37,209 bases of DNA from Archangiaceae bacterium (GCA_043750125.1 JAYVCD010000007.1:1-37209); one strand, 5' to 3'. Positions 11,201 through 21,024 are shown, numbered from the stretch's first letter. Made by a program: numbers and translations. The notes: a model not told the origin generated them from the letters alone.

Positions 11201-12193
11201 GTCTTTGCCGCCGCGGGGACTGCGGCCAGCCCGGGCGATGCGAACGTGGTGTGTCGGCTCAACAGCGGGGGCGGGGGCGGGGGCGTCGACGTGGTGTGCA
11301 ATCGGGCCGGGACCATCGGCGCCGTCTCGGTCGTCTGGCAGACGGTCTCGCACGCTCGCAGCTATGCGGCCGGAGGCATCACCGTCCAGCACTCGGCGGC
11401 GATCTTCAACGCCGGCAACCCCAGCCCGTTCAACGTGACGATTCCTTCAGTGGACGTGACGCAGAGCTTCCTGCTCTTCAGCACCGCGACCGTTGGAACG
11501 ACGAACGGGGCCAACGACTTCCTCACCGCCCGCCTCACCAATGCCACCACCGTCACGGTCGCCCAATCGCCGGTGGGCGGCAACTTCAGCAGCGTCGGGG
11601 GCTACTCGTTGCAGGTGGTGAGCTTCGCCAACAGCGCGGTGCTGCGCAGCATCGAGACCGCCGCGGTGGGCGAGGCGAGCGTCGCCGTCACCGGACTGGC
11701 GCCCGCGGTGGTGAACCGGACCTTCTCCTTGATGACTTCCCGGACCTCGACCGTCGCGGACGACGCAGCCATCTGCAAACGCAGGCTGCGCGGGGTGGTC
11801 AGCAGCGCGACGGGGCTCGCATTCACCCGGGGTGACGGAGCGGTGGGCAGCTGCGTCGATTCCGACATCGCCGAGCTCGCGTGGGAACGCATCGAGCTTC
11901 CGGCGGTGCATGGGGTCCAGTCGGTCACCGTCACCCACGCCAGCAACGCCGCGACCGGCAGTGCAACCCTCGCCTCCCAGGTGGACCTCACCCGCAGCGT
12001 GGTCTTGATGTCCGGGCAGGGGATGGGGGGACAGGCGGGGGGCGAGAGCAACTACAGCGCCAGTGCGGTGATCGGCGCGGTGCTGGGGCTGCCGACTTTC
12101 GACGCGGCCGGGACGACGGTCACCGTCACCCGGGCCGGCCCCAACTTCGGGACCGCGACCTTTAGTCCTTTCGTGATCCAGTTCGCGCCCTGA
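8213..12193 (+). CDS. Large surface lipoprotein with putative metal-binding motif, 7 tandem Ig-like repeats and C-terminal domain
   Basis: 1326 aa. Lipobox LSA-C, DADGDG..DCND..IHPG..C..DNDCDG motif, ~100-115-aa repeats beginning L(A/V)F(T/V). Confidence 0.85.
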   Translation: MRTSSFLKLLACSGVCLSACQCGPPEAALQVVINIDAVVPATCVEFEVASGATVLAVQKLPRPAGKDSFRVGVRKLALPEHLQLIARSYLSASGSGCAEPRAQTSVSSSVDAQFPKTNLAIYTLEIHPPGLELDADGDGHISIARGGDDCNDTDSAIHPGLQAACGSTLDNDCDGKIGCADTECVAAAICTTSPAALAFVTLAVPVNANVCSQALTVEMRDASMSPIAAAVDTLVGLAVNPSGGVIFYSDPACLTAVTQATLRTGQSRVSFHFKAAAASTFEVSALVLGLPPAAQTQTVTALAPTQLVFATSSQGILAGACSSGVTVQTRDGANSVAPVSAATSIALSTTGVAVTLFSDASCLTVISAPVPLAAGDSSIGFFFKGTVPGALSLTAASAGLASAIQPQTIGGGLPSRLGFSPAQALSAGQCSSPAYVETQDVNGSASNISGSALAVTLGGPAPSFAFFSDAACSTAVTGPLSIPVGGTRAPFHFKGTAAGPQTISATATALTAAMRTHTVSAAAPSVLVFTSAVQSQAAGTCSQFDLEARDAFGNPSAPGAVAAVALTSSVAATFSATAGCAAQVSSVGLTGTTVSFFARSSTLGPDSLTATAPFASASQTYTVTAAAQARLVFTVQPTSAASGSSIAPAVQVSVQDALGNPVVSTAMITLSLATNPGSGVLSGTLTAAAVAGAASFAGLSIDKAGSGYSLLATSTGLTSVTSGVFNITAGPATRLVILGTRLTLPALSCSALRSVELQDANGNPVLAAAATALNYTSAPGSAMTTFYSDPACAVPATAATRTIAAGTNQVGFYFLAQNAAPTLTLTASRGGLTSGTQTATIVPALPTQLVFTTPPATVEAGFCQALTLERQDSAARPTSPTFPTLVTRSSSPLSGIEFFSDPGCVTALAATFDILSGTPSTVVYVKGISGSLAGTIPGAQTYGLTASATGLSNGTLNVIVLPMVRRGGCTLLNGSNMVTCPVTPAIPGGVIARTFLVFAAAGTAASPGDANVVCRLNSGGGGGGVDVVCNRAGTIGAVSVVWQTVSHARSYAAGGITVQHSAAIFNAGNPSPFNVTIPSVDVTQSFLLFSTATVGTTNGANDFLTARLTNATTVTVAQSPVGGNFSSVGGYSLQVVSFANSAVLRSIETAAVGEASVAVTGLAPAVVNRTFSLMTSRTSTVADDAAICKRRLRGVVSSATGLAFTRGDGAVGSCVDSDIAELAWERIELPAVHGVQSVTVTHASNAATGSATLASQVDLTRSVVLMSGQGMGGQAGGESNYSASAVIGAVLGLPTFDAAGTTVTVTRAGPNFGTATFSPFVIQFAP
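8789..11090 (+). repeat. Seven tandem ~100-115-aa Ig-like coding repeats
   Basis: Units begin PAALAFV, PTQLVFA, PSRLGFS, PSVLVFT, QARLVFT, ATRLVIL, PTQLVFT. Six of seven carry a Cys pair (C(S/Q)...F(F/Y)SD..C or variant). Boundaries approximate. Confidence 0.8.
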
Positions 12194-12244
12194 ACGGAAT
12201 GCACGCGCGGGGGAAGGGTTAGGGCGCTAAGAGTGCCCCCGACC

Positions 12245-13240
<996 letters not shown>

Positions 13241-13245
13241 CGCTC

Positions 13246-14124
13246 ATGATCCTGGACGCTTCGACCCTCGCCAAACTCGACGGGCTCAAAGTGCGCGCCC
13301 GCGCGGTGGTCGAGGGCGTTCTGTCCGGCCTTCACAAGTCGCCCCACCAGGGACAGTCGGTCGAGTTCGCCCAGCACAAAGAGTACGCCCCGGGCGATGA
13401 GCTGCGGCACCTCGACTGGAAGGCGCTGGCCCGCTTCGACAAGTACTACATCAAGCGCTACGAGCATGAGACCAACCTCCGCGCGGCACTGGTGGTCGAT
13501 GCGTCCGGCAGCATGGGGTACGGCAGTGGGCCGCTGACGAAGATGGACGTGGCCCGCACGCTCGCCGGGGCCCTGGCCTACCTGTTGGTGCGCCAGCAGG
13601 ACGCTGCGGGAGTCTCGATTCTGGCGGGAAACGCGGTGCGCGATGTGCCTCCGCGCGCGGCGGCCAGTCACCTGAACGCGGTGCTCGACACCCTCGAGGC
13701 GGTGAAGGCTTCGGGGCCGACGAACCTGTTTTCGGCCGCCGACCACCTGGCCGAGAAGCTGCCCCGCCGGGCATTGGTGGTGGCCTTCTCGGACTTGTTC
13801 GACGACCGGGACGATGCGCTGCAGCGGCTGCTCGCGCTTCGGGCCCGCCGGCACGATGTCGCCGTCTTCCACCTGGTGGATCCCGCCGAGCTGTCCTTTC
13901 CGTTCGATGACCCGACGCTGTTCCTTTCGATGGAAGACGACCGGCGGGTCGAGGTCCACCCGCGGGAAATCAAGCAGAGCTACCTCGAAGAGTTCGGCCG
14001 CTTTCTGGTCGAGACCAAAGAGGCCTGCACCGCGGCCGACGTGGACTACGAGCTGGTTCGCACCGACGAGCCGTTGGACAAAGTGCTGCTGCGCTTTCTG
14101 GCCCGACGCATGGGGGGGCGGTGA
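13246..14124 (+). CDS. DUF58 domain protein (vWA-like)
   Basis: G.HKSP..GQSVEFAQHKEY.PGD..RHLDWK, MIDAS-like DASGSM. Start placed at ATG 13246, just after the moxR stop. Confidence 0.92.
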   Translation: MILDASTLAKLDGLKVRARAVVEGVLSGLHKSPHQGQSVEFAQHKEYAPGDELRHLDWKALARFDKYYIKRYEHETNLRAALVVDASGSMGYGSGPLTKMDVARTLAGALAYLLVRQQDAAGVSILAGNAVRDVPPRAAASHLNAVLDTLEAVKASGPTNLFSAADHLAEKLPRRALVVAFSDLFDDRDDALQRLLALRARRHDVAVFHLVDPAELSFPFDDPTLFLSMEDDRRVEVHPREIKQSYLEEFGRFLVETKEACTAADVDYELVRTDEPLDKVLLRFLARRMGGR

Positions 14125-16220
14125 GCTTCGCCCACCCGGCGTTCCTGTTCGGCTGTCTGGCGGCGCTGATTCCGCTGCTCGTGCACCTGTTTGATCGCCG
14201 GCGGCCGCGGCACGTGCCGTTTGGCGCCATCTCATTCGTGCTGCGCAGCCAGAAGCGCACCGCGTCGCGACTGAAGCTCAAGCGCCTGCTGCTCTACGCG
14301 CTGCGCACCTTGATTCTGCTCGCTCTGCCGGTCGCGCTCGCCCGCCCGGAATGGAAGCGGGAAGGGATTACCGCCAACTCTTCTGCGGGCCCGTCGGCGA
14401 CCGCGGTGGTGCTCGATGCGTCGCTGTCGATGCGATGGACCGATGGGACCTCGAACTTCGAGCGCGCCCGCGACGAGGCAAAACAGGCGCTGCGAGAGCT
14501 GGCGCCCGAAGAGCCGGCGACGTTGATGTGGTGCGATTCCCACCCCGCGCCTCCCGGGCCTCCGACCTTCGAGCGGCAGCGGTTGATGGCCCGGCTCGAT
14601 GAGGTGCAGCCCACGTTCGAGCCGGCCGACTTGAACAAGTGCCTCGAGCTGGCGGCGCGCGCGTTGGAAGACAGCCCGTTGCCGGGAAAGCGGTTGGTGG
14701 TGATCTCGGATTTCGCCACGTCTTCACTGCGATTGGAAGCCGCTCCGCCGACGGTGAAGGGCCTGAAGGAAGAGCAGATTCGCCCGGAAGTCGTGCTGCG
14801 CGATGCGGCGAAGAGCGCGCTGTTGCCCAACCGCGCGCTGGTGGACGTGAAGGCCGAGCCGGCGCTGCAGGTCGGCCCGCGCGCGTGGCAGTTCACCTTC
14901 ACCGCGAAGAATTTCTCGACCGAGGCCGCCAAGGACATCGAGCTGCAGCTGAAGGTGGACGGGGTGGTGGTCTCGAAGGGCTTCATCGACCTGCCCGCCA
15001 ACGGCACGGCGCAAAAGACGCTCAGCCACCGCTTCGACGGAACCGGCACGGTGTCGGTGGTCGAAGGCGTTCTCGCCCCCGATGCGCTGGTCGCCGATGA
15101 CGTGCGCGCGGTGGTACTGCCGGTGCCCAAGGACCTGAAGGCGCTGGTGGTCAACGGCTCGCCCAGTCCGCAGCGCACCCGGGACGAGGCGTTCTTCACC
15201 GAGGCGGCGCTGGCGGCGGCGGGCTCTCCGGTGCGCGCGGTCACCCGAGACGCCGAAGCGGCGTGGCGCGAAGACTTCAAGGCGTACGACGTGGTGTTGT
15301 TGCTGAACGTCGAAGCGCCCGGCCCCGAAGTGGCGGGGCGGCTGCAGGCGTTTGTCGAAGCCGGAGGCGGCCTGTTCCTCTCGGTCGGAGATCGGGTCGA
15401 GCCCGAAGCCTGGAACACCGCTCTGGGAGCCTTGCTGCCACGCCGCCTGCGGGTGGTGAAGACCGCGGTCGAGCCGGGCGCTGCGGACGCGGCGTCTCGG
15501 GCGGCGAAGCTGTCGCAGGTCGCGCTGACCCACCCGGTGCTCGCTCCGTTCAATGGTCGGGCGCGCGAGGGGCTGATGTCGGCTCGGTTCTTTCGTTACG
15601 TGCTGCTCGAAGGGGAATCGACCCAGGCTGGCGCCGGAGAAGTGCTCGCCTCGTTGGACGATGGCGCGCCGGTGTTGGCAATCGCGCGGCGGGGCAAGGG
15701 ACGGGTGGCCCTGTTCACCTCGACGGTGGATCGCGACTGGAGCGACTTCGCGATTCGCACCAGCTTTCTGCCCCTGATTCAGCGCATGGCGGCGTGGCTT
15801 GCGGGCGCGCTCGACGAGCACGAGTCGTTGCGAATCAAAGTGGGAGACACCCCGCTGCTGCGGCCCGAGCCGCCCACGGTGCTGCAGGCGATACGGGGGC
15901 CGTCGGGCAAAGACCTTCCCCAGGCCAAGCAGCGCGATGGCACGGTGCTGGTGGGTCCGGTGGTTGAACCCGGAGCGCACCTCTCGCGCGACGCCGATGG
16001 AAACGGGGTTCCCGCGCTCTCGTTCGCAGCGACGGTGGACTCGGCCGAAAGCGATCTGACCCGGCACTCGGCCGAAGCGCTCACTTCCTGGTTCGGCGAG
16101 GACACGGTGCGAGATGCGGGCGGGCCGACGGGGCCTTCGCCGAAGATTCCAGTCTGGACCTGGCTCATTCTGGTGGCGGTGCTGGCCTTCTTCTTCGAGG
16201 GTCTGCTGCTGCGGAAGTAG
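14121..16220 (+). CDS. BatA-domain / vWA domain membrane protein
   Basis: N-terminal MSFAHPAFL..IPLLVHL..RR (BatA), vWA DASLSM and VISDF, GATase-like FVEAGGGL region, C-terminal TM. Confidence 0.9.
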   Translation: MSFAHPAFLFGCLAALIPLLVHLFDRRRPRHVPFGAISFVLRSQKRTASRLKLKRLLLYALRTLILLALPVALARPEWKREGITANSSAGPSATAVVLDASLSMRWTDGTSNFERARDEAKQALRELAPEEPATLMWCDSHPAPPGPPTFERQRLMARLDEVQPTFEPADLNKCLELAARALEDSPLPGKRLVVISDFATSSLRLEAAPPTVKGLKEEQIRPEVVLRDAAKSALLPNRALVDVKAEPALQVGPRAWQFTFTAKNFSTEAAKDIELQLKVDGVVVSKGFIDLPANGTAQKTLSHRFDGTGTVSVVEGVLAPDALVADDVRAVVLPVPKDLKALVVNGSPSPQRTRDEAFFTEAALAAAGSPVRAVTRDAEAAWREDFKAYDVVLLLNVEAPGPEVAGRLQAFVEAGGGLFLSVGDRVEPEAWNTALGALLPRRLRVVKTAVEPGAADAASRAAKLSQVALTHPVLAPFNGRAREGLMSARFFRYVLLEGESTQAGAGEVLASLDDGAPVLAIARRGKGRVALFTSTVDRDWSDFAIRTSFLPLIQRMAAWLAGALDEHESLRIKVGDTPLLRPEPPTVLQAIRGPSGKDLPQAKQRDGTVLVGPVVEPGAHLSRDADGNGVPALSFAATVDSAESDLTRHSAEALTSWFGEDTVRDAGGPTGPSPKIPVWTWLILVAVLAFFFEGLLLRK

Positions 16221-16600
16221 GCGGGACGCAGACCGCGGCCACGGTCAGCAGCATCCACCCAATCGAGCAGACGATCGCCAGCTTCTCGAGGGGATCATCA
16301 CGATCCCCACCCCGCCCACCCCGGCGAGGATTCCGGCGAGCGCGGTCAGCCTGCCCGTCCGACGGCGATCCGGAAAGACCGCCGGCAGGACGAGGAAGAA
16401 GGGAATCAACGCGAGGGCATACGCGAGCAGGCCCCCCTGGGCGTATTGAGCACCGCTGGCGTTGGGGACCCCGTTGAGCGCGATCGGCCGGGGTACGCCG
16501 ACATCGAGAGCGCGATCAGCGTTCCGAAGATCAACAGCGGCAGCAGCACCGCCCACCCGATGGCCCGGCGAACGGCGCGGCCCGCCTCAGGCTCAAGCAA
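16221..16600 (-). pseudogene. Membrane-protein remnant split over three reading frames
   Basis: Frame 1 MLEPEAG..LIALSMSAYPG; frame 2 PIALNGVPN..GGVGIVMIPS; frame 3 LEKLAIVCSIGWMLLTVAAV. Hydrophobic segments are collinear, with frame switches near 16490 and 16288. Confidence 0.6.
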
Positions 16601-16895
16601 ACGCTTTGGCGAGCTGGTCGCACCGCGCGGCGAGCTTCACGTCTCGGGCGGTCAGCGCCTTCGAGTCATGGGTGAAGAGCCGCGCTGTGATTTTGGTCGA
16701 GCGAATGTCGAGGTCGGGGTGGTGGTCCTGCTCCTCGGCGAACTGGGCCACCTGCTGGACGAAAGTGATTCCCTCGAGAAACTTCGAAAACACAAACGTC
16801 CGCTCGAGCTCGCCACTCTGGGCGACCGACCACTGCGGATGTTCGACCAGAAACGCTTGAAGCTCTGCAGCGGACAGCGCGGGATCTCGTGACAT
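16593..16895 (-). CDS. phhB: Pterin-4-alpha-carbinolamine dehydratase
   Basis: 100 aa. LERTFVF..F, AEEQDHHPDL, FTHDSKALTARDVKLA family motifs. Confidence 0.92.
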   Translation of the reverse strand: MSRDPALSAAELQAFLVEHPQWSVAQSGELERTFVFSKFLEGITFVQQVAQFAEEQDHHPDLDIRSTKITARLFTHDSKALTARDVKLAARCDQLAKAFA

Positions 16896-17011
16896 GCCCC
16901 GTAAGTAACACCGTGTACGCTGCCGACCATCGGCTTCGTCGAGGCGCTCTGGGGCATATCCCCGGCCGGCTCCACCTTCCGGTCGGCCTGGGCTTCATTC
17001 TGCGCTGAGCT

Positions 17012-20000
17012 TCAAGGGCCGGGGCAGCCAGCCGCAGCGTTGCCCGTCGGAGCCGGACTCGACAGCGAGCCCACCGTCAGCGTGCACGAGGTGTGGGCAT
17101 TGACGGTGATTCGACCGACCGCTCCTCCGCCCCCGCCTCCTCCGCCATCTCCGGACGTGCCCGCGAAGCCCGCGGTCGGACCCAGCCCGGCACGCCCCCC
17201 GTTGCCGCCGTTTCCTCCCGAGTTCGCTCCGTTCATGCCCCCCATCGCGCTGACGGTGGGCGAAGTCGCGTCATCTCCGGGGTTGCCCGAATTCCCGCCG
17301 TCGTCGCCTCCTTCACCCCCGCCCCCGCCGTTGGCACTGAGGCGAGCCGTCACGGCGTAGGTGATTGAATCTCCCTCAAGAAGAATGGCCCCCCCGCTGC
17401 CGCCGCCCCCTCCCCCGGTGCGACTGGCGCCTCCCCGGCCACCTCCGCCCAGAGCCGAGATCCGCCCAGCGATGACCAAATTGCCTCCGGCCGAAATCTG
17501 AACCGCGCCTCCTCCCCCACCCCCCAGGCCTCCCGGAGCAGTGCCGGTGCCTCCCCTTCCACCCGAGCACCCGCCGCGCAGAGGGACCAGGGTCGCGTTC
17601 CCCCCCGCCAGCCCTTTGAGGCCCTTGGCCCCGCCGCTGCCCGAGACCTCTCCGGATTCTCCGTCGGTGCCAAACCCCGCCCCGCCGGCCCCGCCGCCCG
17701 AATTGCCGGACTGCATGCCCGGATTGCCATTGCTGGTTCCGCAGGCGGTGCTCGAGCCTCCGGGACCGGCGACCGTCGTCACCGCATCTGCGGTCACCGC
17801 GCCCAGGATGTTGGCGTCTGAAAATACGGCGAGCACGACGGGTCGGTTCCCGACGATCTGCACCGTGTTCCCGGCCACCACCATCAGGCTGATCATCGGA
17901 AGAATGACCAGGTCGGGCCCGCTCGATTGCACCTGCACCACTGGAACCGGCTGCACCTCGCCGCACCAATTGGAAAAAGTCAGCGTGGTGGAATTGAAGA
18001 CCGACACTCCGCAGTCGAACAGCAAATTTCCCACTGGAGTCAGCAAGCTGGGATCAAAGTTGCTCGGGGTGTATTTGAACGACGAGCACGCGCCGGCCTG
18101 GCACGTATTGCCCCCCGCGCACGCCGTCCCGTTGGTCGCAAAGCTGTCTGCCGGGCAGGTCGGGCTCGAGCCGGTGCAACTCTCGGCAGGATCACAGATG
18201 GCGCTGGCGCCCGCCGCGCGGCAAACGAAAGTCGCGGGCTTGTGCTGATCAACACAGACCCCCGCGCCATCGCAGGAGTCCGCGGCGTTGCAGTCGGTGG
18301 CGTCGGACGAGCCGCACGCGGTCGAGGCCGCCCCAAAGCCATTCGCCGGGCAGCTGGCCACGAGGCCGTCGCAGGTCTCGGCGGGATCACAGGCCGCGCT
18401 CGCTCCGGCGGGTCGACAGACGGTGGTCGCGGCCTTCACCCGGTCCACGCATCCTCCCGCCCCGTTGCATGAGTCCGGGGCGTTGCAGGCTGAGTTGTCG
18501 GCCGAGCCACACGCGGTGCTGCTGCTCGAAAACGCATTGGCAGGACAGAGCGCGGTGGTGCCATCGCACAGCTCGGCAGGGTCACAGGTGACATTGGCGC
18601 CCGCAGCGCGGCAGACGGTGGCGGAGGCCTTCACCCGGTCGACGCAGAGCCCCGTTCCACTGCAAGAGTCGGCGGCGTTGCACCCCGTGCTGTCGGCCGA
18701 ACCGCACGCGGTGCTGACGGGCGAGAAGGCATTGGCCGGGCAAGTGGCCACGACGCCATTGCAGGTCTCGGCCGGGTCGCAGGCCGGGTTGGCGCCGGCG
18801 GCGCGGCAAACAGTGGTGGCGGGTTTCACCCGATCAATGCAGCTGCCCGCTCCGTCGCAGGAATCCGCGTCGTTGCACGCGGTGGCAACGGCAGATCCGC
18901 ACGCCACGCCGGCGGTCGCAGCCGGGTACGCGCAGGTGCCACTGCTGCAGAGCGCCGCGGTGGCGGTGCGGCAGGCGGGGGGCGTCGCGCAGTCGGCCGC
19001 GGCGCAGCAGTTGGCTGCCGGAATACAGACGTTGTTGCACAGCTTGGTGCCCGCGCCGCAGCTGCACAGACCGGTGGAAACGGCACAGGTGCCTGCGGTA
19101 CCGCAGTCGGTGCTCACGCAGCAGCCCGTGCCCGGGGCGCAGAGGCCTGCGCAGACCCGTTGCCCGGCGGGACAGACGCAGGTCTCCGCCGAGCAAATCT
19201 GCCCCGGCACAACGGCGGCGCATTCGGCCGAATCGCAACAACTCGCCGAGGGGATGCAGGCGCTGCCGCAGATTTTCTGGCCGGCCGGACAGGCGCAAGA
19301 GCCCGACTGGCACGTCTGCCCAATGATGGGAGCGATGCAATCTGCGCTGGTGCAGCAGGTCGAAGCGGCGATGCAGTCTGCGCCACAGACCTTCTGGCCG
19401 GCTGCGCACGCACACGCTCCCGACTGACAGCTCTGGCCGGTGACCGCCGCGCACTCGACATCGCCGCAACAGCTCGCGGCGGAAATGCAGGCGCCATTGC
19501 ACGCCCTGGTCCCCGCGGCACAGGAGCAGCTCGAGCTTTGACAGGTACCGCCGCCGGCGCACGTCCGGGCATCACAGGTGGGGTCCGCGCAGTCGATGGC
19601 GCCGTTGCAGTTGTTGTCGATGCCGTCGTCGCACTTCTCGGCCTGGGTCGAGCAGCTGAGCGCCAACACCACCTGCTTGACCTGCCCTGCGACGAAAGAC
19701 TCGGGCTTGTCCTCACCTTCGAAGACCGCCACCAGCGGTTCGGTGCAGCCGTTGACGCCGTTCATCGCCCGCGCCTTGAGCCGAACGTTCGCGGGCCACA
19801 GTCCTTCGCTGATTCCCACCAGGTAGCTCTTCTTGGCGGGAACGCGCTTGAGCTGCGTCTTCTCGAGCAGCAGCCCGTCGGTGTTGCGCAGCTCGAGCAC
19901 GATGCAGTTGGCGGCGAGTGCGTCTTCTACGTCGATGCGCACCGACAGGCCGGCCCCGGTCAGCGGGTGCTGACACTGGCAGCCAGAAAAGAGGAATCCG

Positions 20001-20035
20001 ACGAAAAATACAGCGGTGCGAAACACAAATCTCAT
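17012..20035 (-). CDS. Cys-rich lipoprotein with disintegrin-like repeats and Gly-rich C-terminal domain
   Basis: ATG 20035 gives MRFVFRTAVFFVGFLFSG-CQC lipobox. EKCDDGIDNNCNG..DCAD motif, two Cys-repeat arrays, GGGGGSGGAILLE-type Gly-rich tail. Confidence 0.85.
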   Translation of the reverse strand: MRFVFRTAVFFVGFLFSGCQCQHPLTGAGLSVRIDVEDALAANCIVLELRNTDGLLLEKTQLKRVPAKKSYLVGISEGLWPANVRLKARAMNGVNGCTEPLVAVFEGEDKPESFVAGQVKQVVLALSCSTQAEKCDDGIDNNCNGAIDCADPTCDARTCAGGGTCQSSSCSCAAGTRACNGACISAASCCGDVECAAVTGQSCQSGACACAAGQKVCGADCIAASTCCTSADCIAPIIGQTCQSGSCACPAGQKICGSACIPSASCCDSAECAAVVPGQICSAETCVCPAGQRVCAGLCAPGTGCCVSTDCGTAGTCAVSTGLCSCGAGTKLCNNVCIPAANCCAAADCATPPACRTATAALCSSGTCAYPAATAGVACGSAVATACNDADSCDGAGSCIDRVKPATTVCRAAGANPACDPAETCNGVVATCPANAFSPVSTACGSADSTGCNAADSCSGTGLCVDRVKASATVCRAAGANVTCDPAELCDGTTALCPANAFSSSSTACGSADNSACNAPDSCNGAGGCVDRVKAATTVCRPAGASAACDPAETCDGLVASCPANGFGAASTACGSSDATDCNAADSCDGAGVCVDQHKPATFVCRAAGASAICDPAESCTGSSPTCPADSFATNGTACAGGNTCQAGACSSFKYTPSNFDPSLLTPVGNLLFDCGVSVFNSTTLTFSNWCGEVQPVPVVQVQSSGPDLVILPMISLMVVAGNTVQIVGNRPVVLAVFSDANILGAVTADAVTTVAGPGGSSTACGTSNGNPGMQSGNSGGGAGGAGFGTDGESGEVSGSGGAKGLKGLAGGNATLVPLRGGCSGGRGGTGTAPGGLGGGGGGAVQISAGGNLVIAGRISALGGGGRGGASRTGGGGGGSGGAILLEGDSITYAVTARLSANGGGGGEGGDDGGNSGNPGDDATSPTVSAMGGMNGANSGGNGGNGGRAGLGPTAGFAGTSGDGGGGGGGGAVGRITVNAHTSCTLTVGSLSSPAPTGNAAAGCPGP
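18125..18904 (-). repeat. Four tandem 195-bp (65-aa) disintegrin-like repeats
   Basis: Equivalent ACG codon blocks at 18897, 18702, 18507 and 18312 (exact 195-bp period). Consensus ACGS.D...CN..DSC.G.G.CVD..K.AT.VCR.AGA...CDPAE.C.G....CPA..F. Confidence 0.9.
18935..19529 (-). repeat. Five tandem ~38-39-aa Cys-rich repeats
   Basis: Consensus CxCxAGxxxCxxxCxxxxxCCxxxxC occurs five times. Boundaries approximate. Confidence 0.85.
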
Positions 20036-20078
20036 CCGCGACCACCTCGTCAGGCCCAGAGTACCACGCGCGGGTGGA

Positions 20079-20296
20079 TCACTGCCGTACGAGCCGAAAA
20101 CCCACACCCCGAACGGTTTTCAATTCGAAGCCCTCGCCCTTGAGCTTCTTCTTCAGGCTGCTGACAAAGTTGTCGACTGTGTGTGTGTCGACCACCACGT
20201 CGGCGCCCCAGACCGCGTCGAGAATTTCATCCCGGCTCAAAACCCGTTGTTCTCATTTGAGCAGGCAGACCAACAGGTCGAACTCTGTCGGGTCAA
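20079..20296 (-). pseudogene. OmpR/PhoB-type winged-helix DNA-binding domain remnant (receiver domain absent)
   Basis: PTEFDLLVCLLK*EQRVLSRDEILDAVWGADVVVDTHTVDNFVSSLKKKL..KTVRGV with in-frame TGA at 20253-20255. A 2-bp TG duplication displaces the canonical GFRL ending. Confidence 0.8.
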
Positions 20297-20779
20297 CCGC
20301 GTGCTTCAAGAACTGGGAGGACTGGTGGACCTTCGAGAACCCGCGCAGGTGAACTGCTGCCCCGGTGCCGTGGGAGATGAAGAAGGAACCATTTCTCTTT
20401 ACCTGACCGAGGATTCGTCGCTCACTTCCACCCTGAAGCCGACCGAGGTCAAGGTGCGCGTGCGGACCGTCGATTCGGTGGTCGCTTCGGTTCGGAAATG
20501 GCAGGGCGAAACGCCCCTCAATTTCTGCAGGCTGAATATTCAGGGAGGTGAGTTGGCAGCGCTCTGAGGCGCCACGGGATATCTGCGACAGGTCGAGGCC
20601 ATCTATACGGAGGTGAACTTCGAGGAACGGTATCGAAGCCTGGTTTAGCGCCCGAGGTCGACGCCTTCCTTCGGGAGCAGGGATTTTTGCCAGTGATGGG
20701 CCTGCTGGAAGGTTCGACTTTCGCCTCCTCGGGCACCTCGATGCTGAGCACACCAAACAAACAGGGCCCGAACCGATGA
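20297..20779 (+). pseudogene. FkbM-family methyltransferase remnant (C-terminal part)
   Basis: AVGDEEGTISLY..VRVRTVDS..LNIQGGELAAL*GATGYLRQVEAIYTEVNFEERY, then a frameshift to PEVDAFLREQGF. Stop at 20565-20567. N-terminal SAM-binding motif missing. Confidence 0.75.
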
Positions 20780-20820
20780 AGGTCCGAGCCCTGGCTGATT
20801 CATGAAATTTGAAGAACGAC

Positions 20821-21024
20821 TTACTTCTTGGGAGCCGGCTTCGCCGTGTCGGCAGCAGGAGCAGCCGCGTCGTCGGCCTTCTTCTCTTCGCCCTTCTTCT
20901 CTTCGCCCTTCTTCGCCTTCTTCGCAGACTTCTCGGCCGGCTTGGCCTCGGCGGCAGGCGCGGGATCAGCGGCAAACGCGTTGAGGGCGAAGATCGACAG
21001 GGCAACAGTGAGGAGTTTCTTCAT
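20821..21024 (-). CDS. Small secreted Lys/Ala/Glu-rich low-complexity protein (67 aa)
   Basis: MKKLLTVALSIFALNAFA signal peptide, GGAG RBS upstream, KKGEE duplicated as a 15-bp repeat. Confidence 0.85.
   Translation of the reverse strand: MKKLLTVALSIFALNAFAADPAPAAEAKPAEKSAKKAKKGEEKKGEEKKADDAAAPAADTAKPAPKK

Noticed and set aside
18125-18904. Regular DNA repeats as CRISPR or non-coding array
   Set aside because: The period is a multiple of 3, the units are degenerate at synonymous sites and lie within a CDS. There is no repeat-spacer structure and no cas gene.
20016-21005. ORFs 20016..20567 (+) and 20253..21005 (-) as intact genes
   Set aside because: Each is a chimera of a pseudogene fragment and antisense or off-frame sequence.
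20821-21024. Small protein as the LanB precursor
   Set aside because: It has a Sec signal peptide, no double-Gly leader, only two Ser/Thr in the mature part, and its own divergent two-component context.
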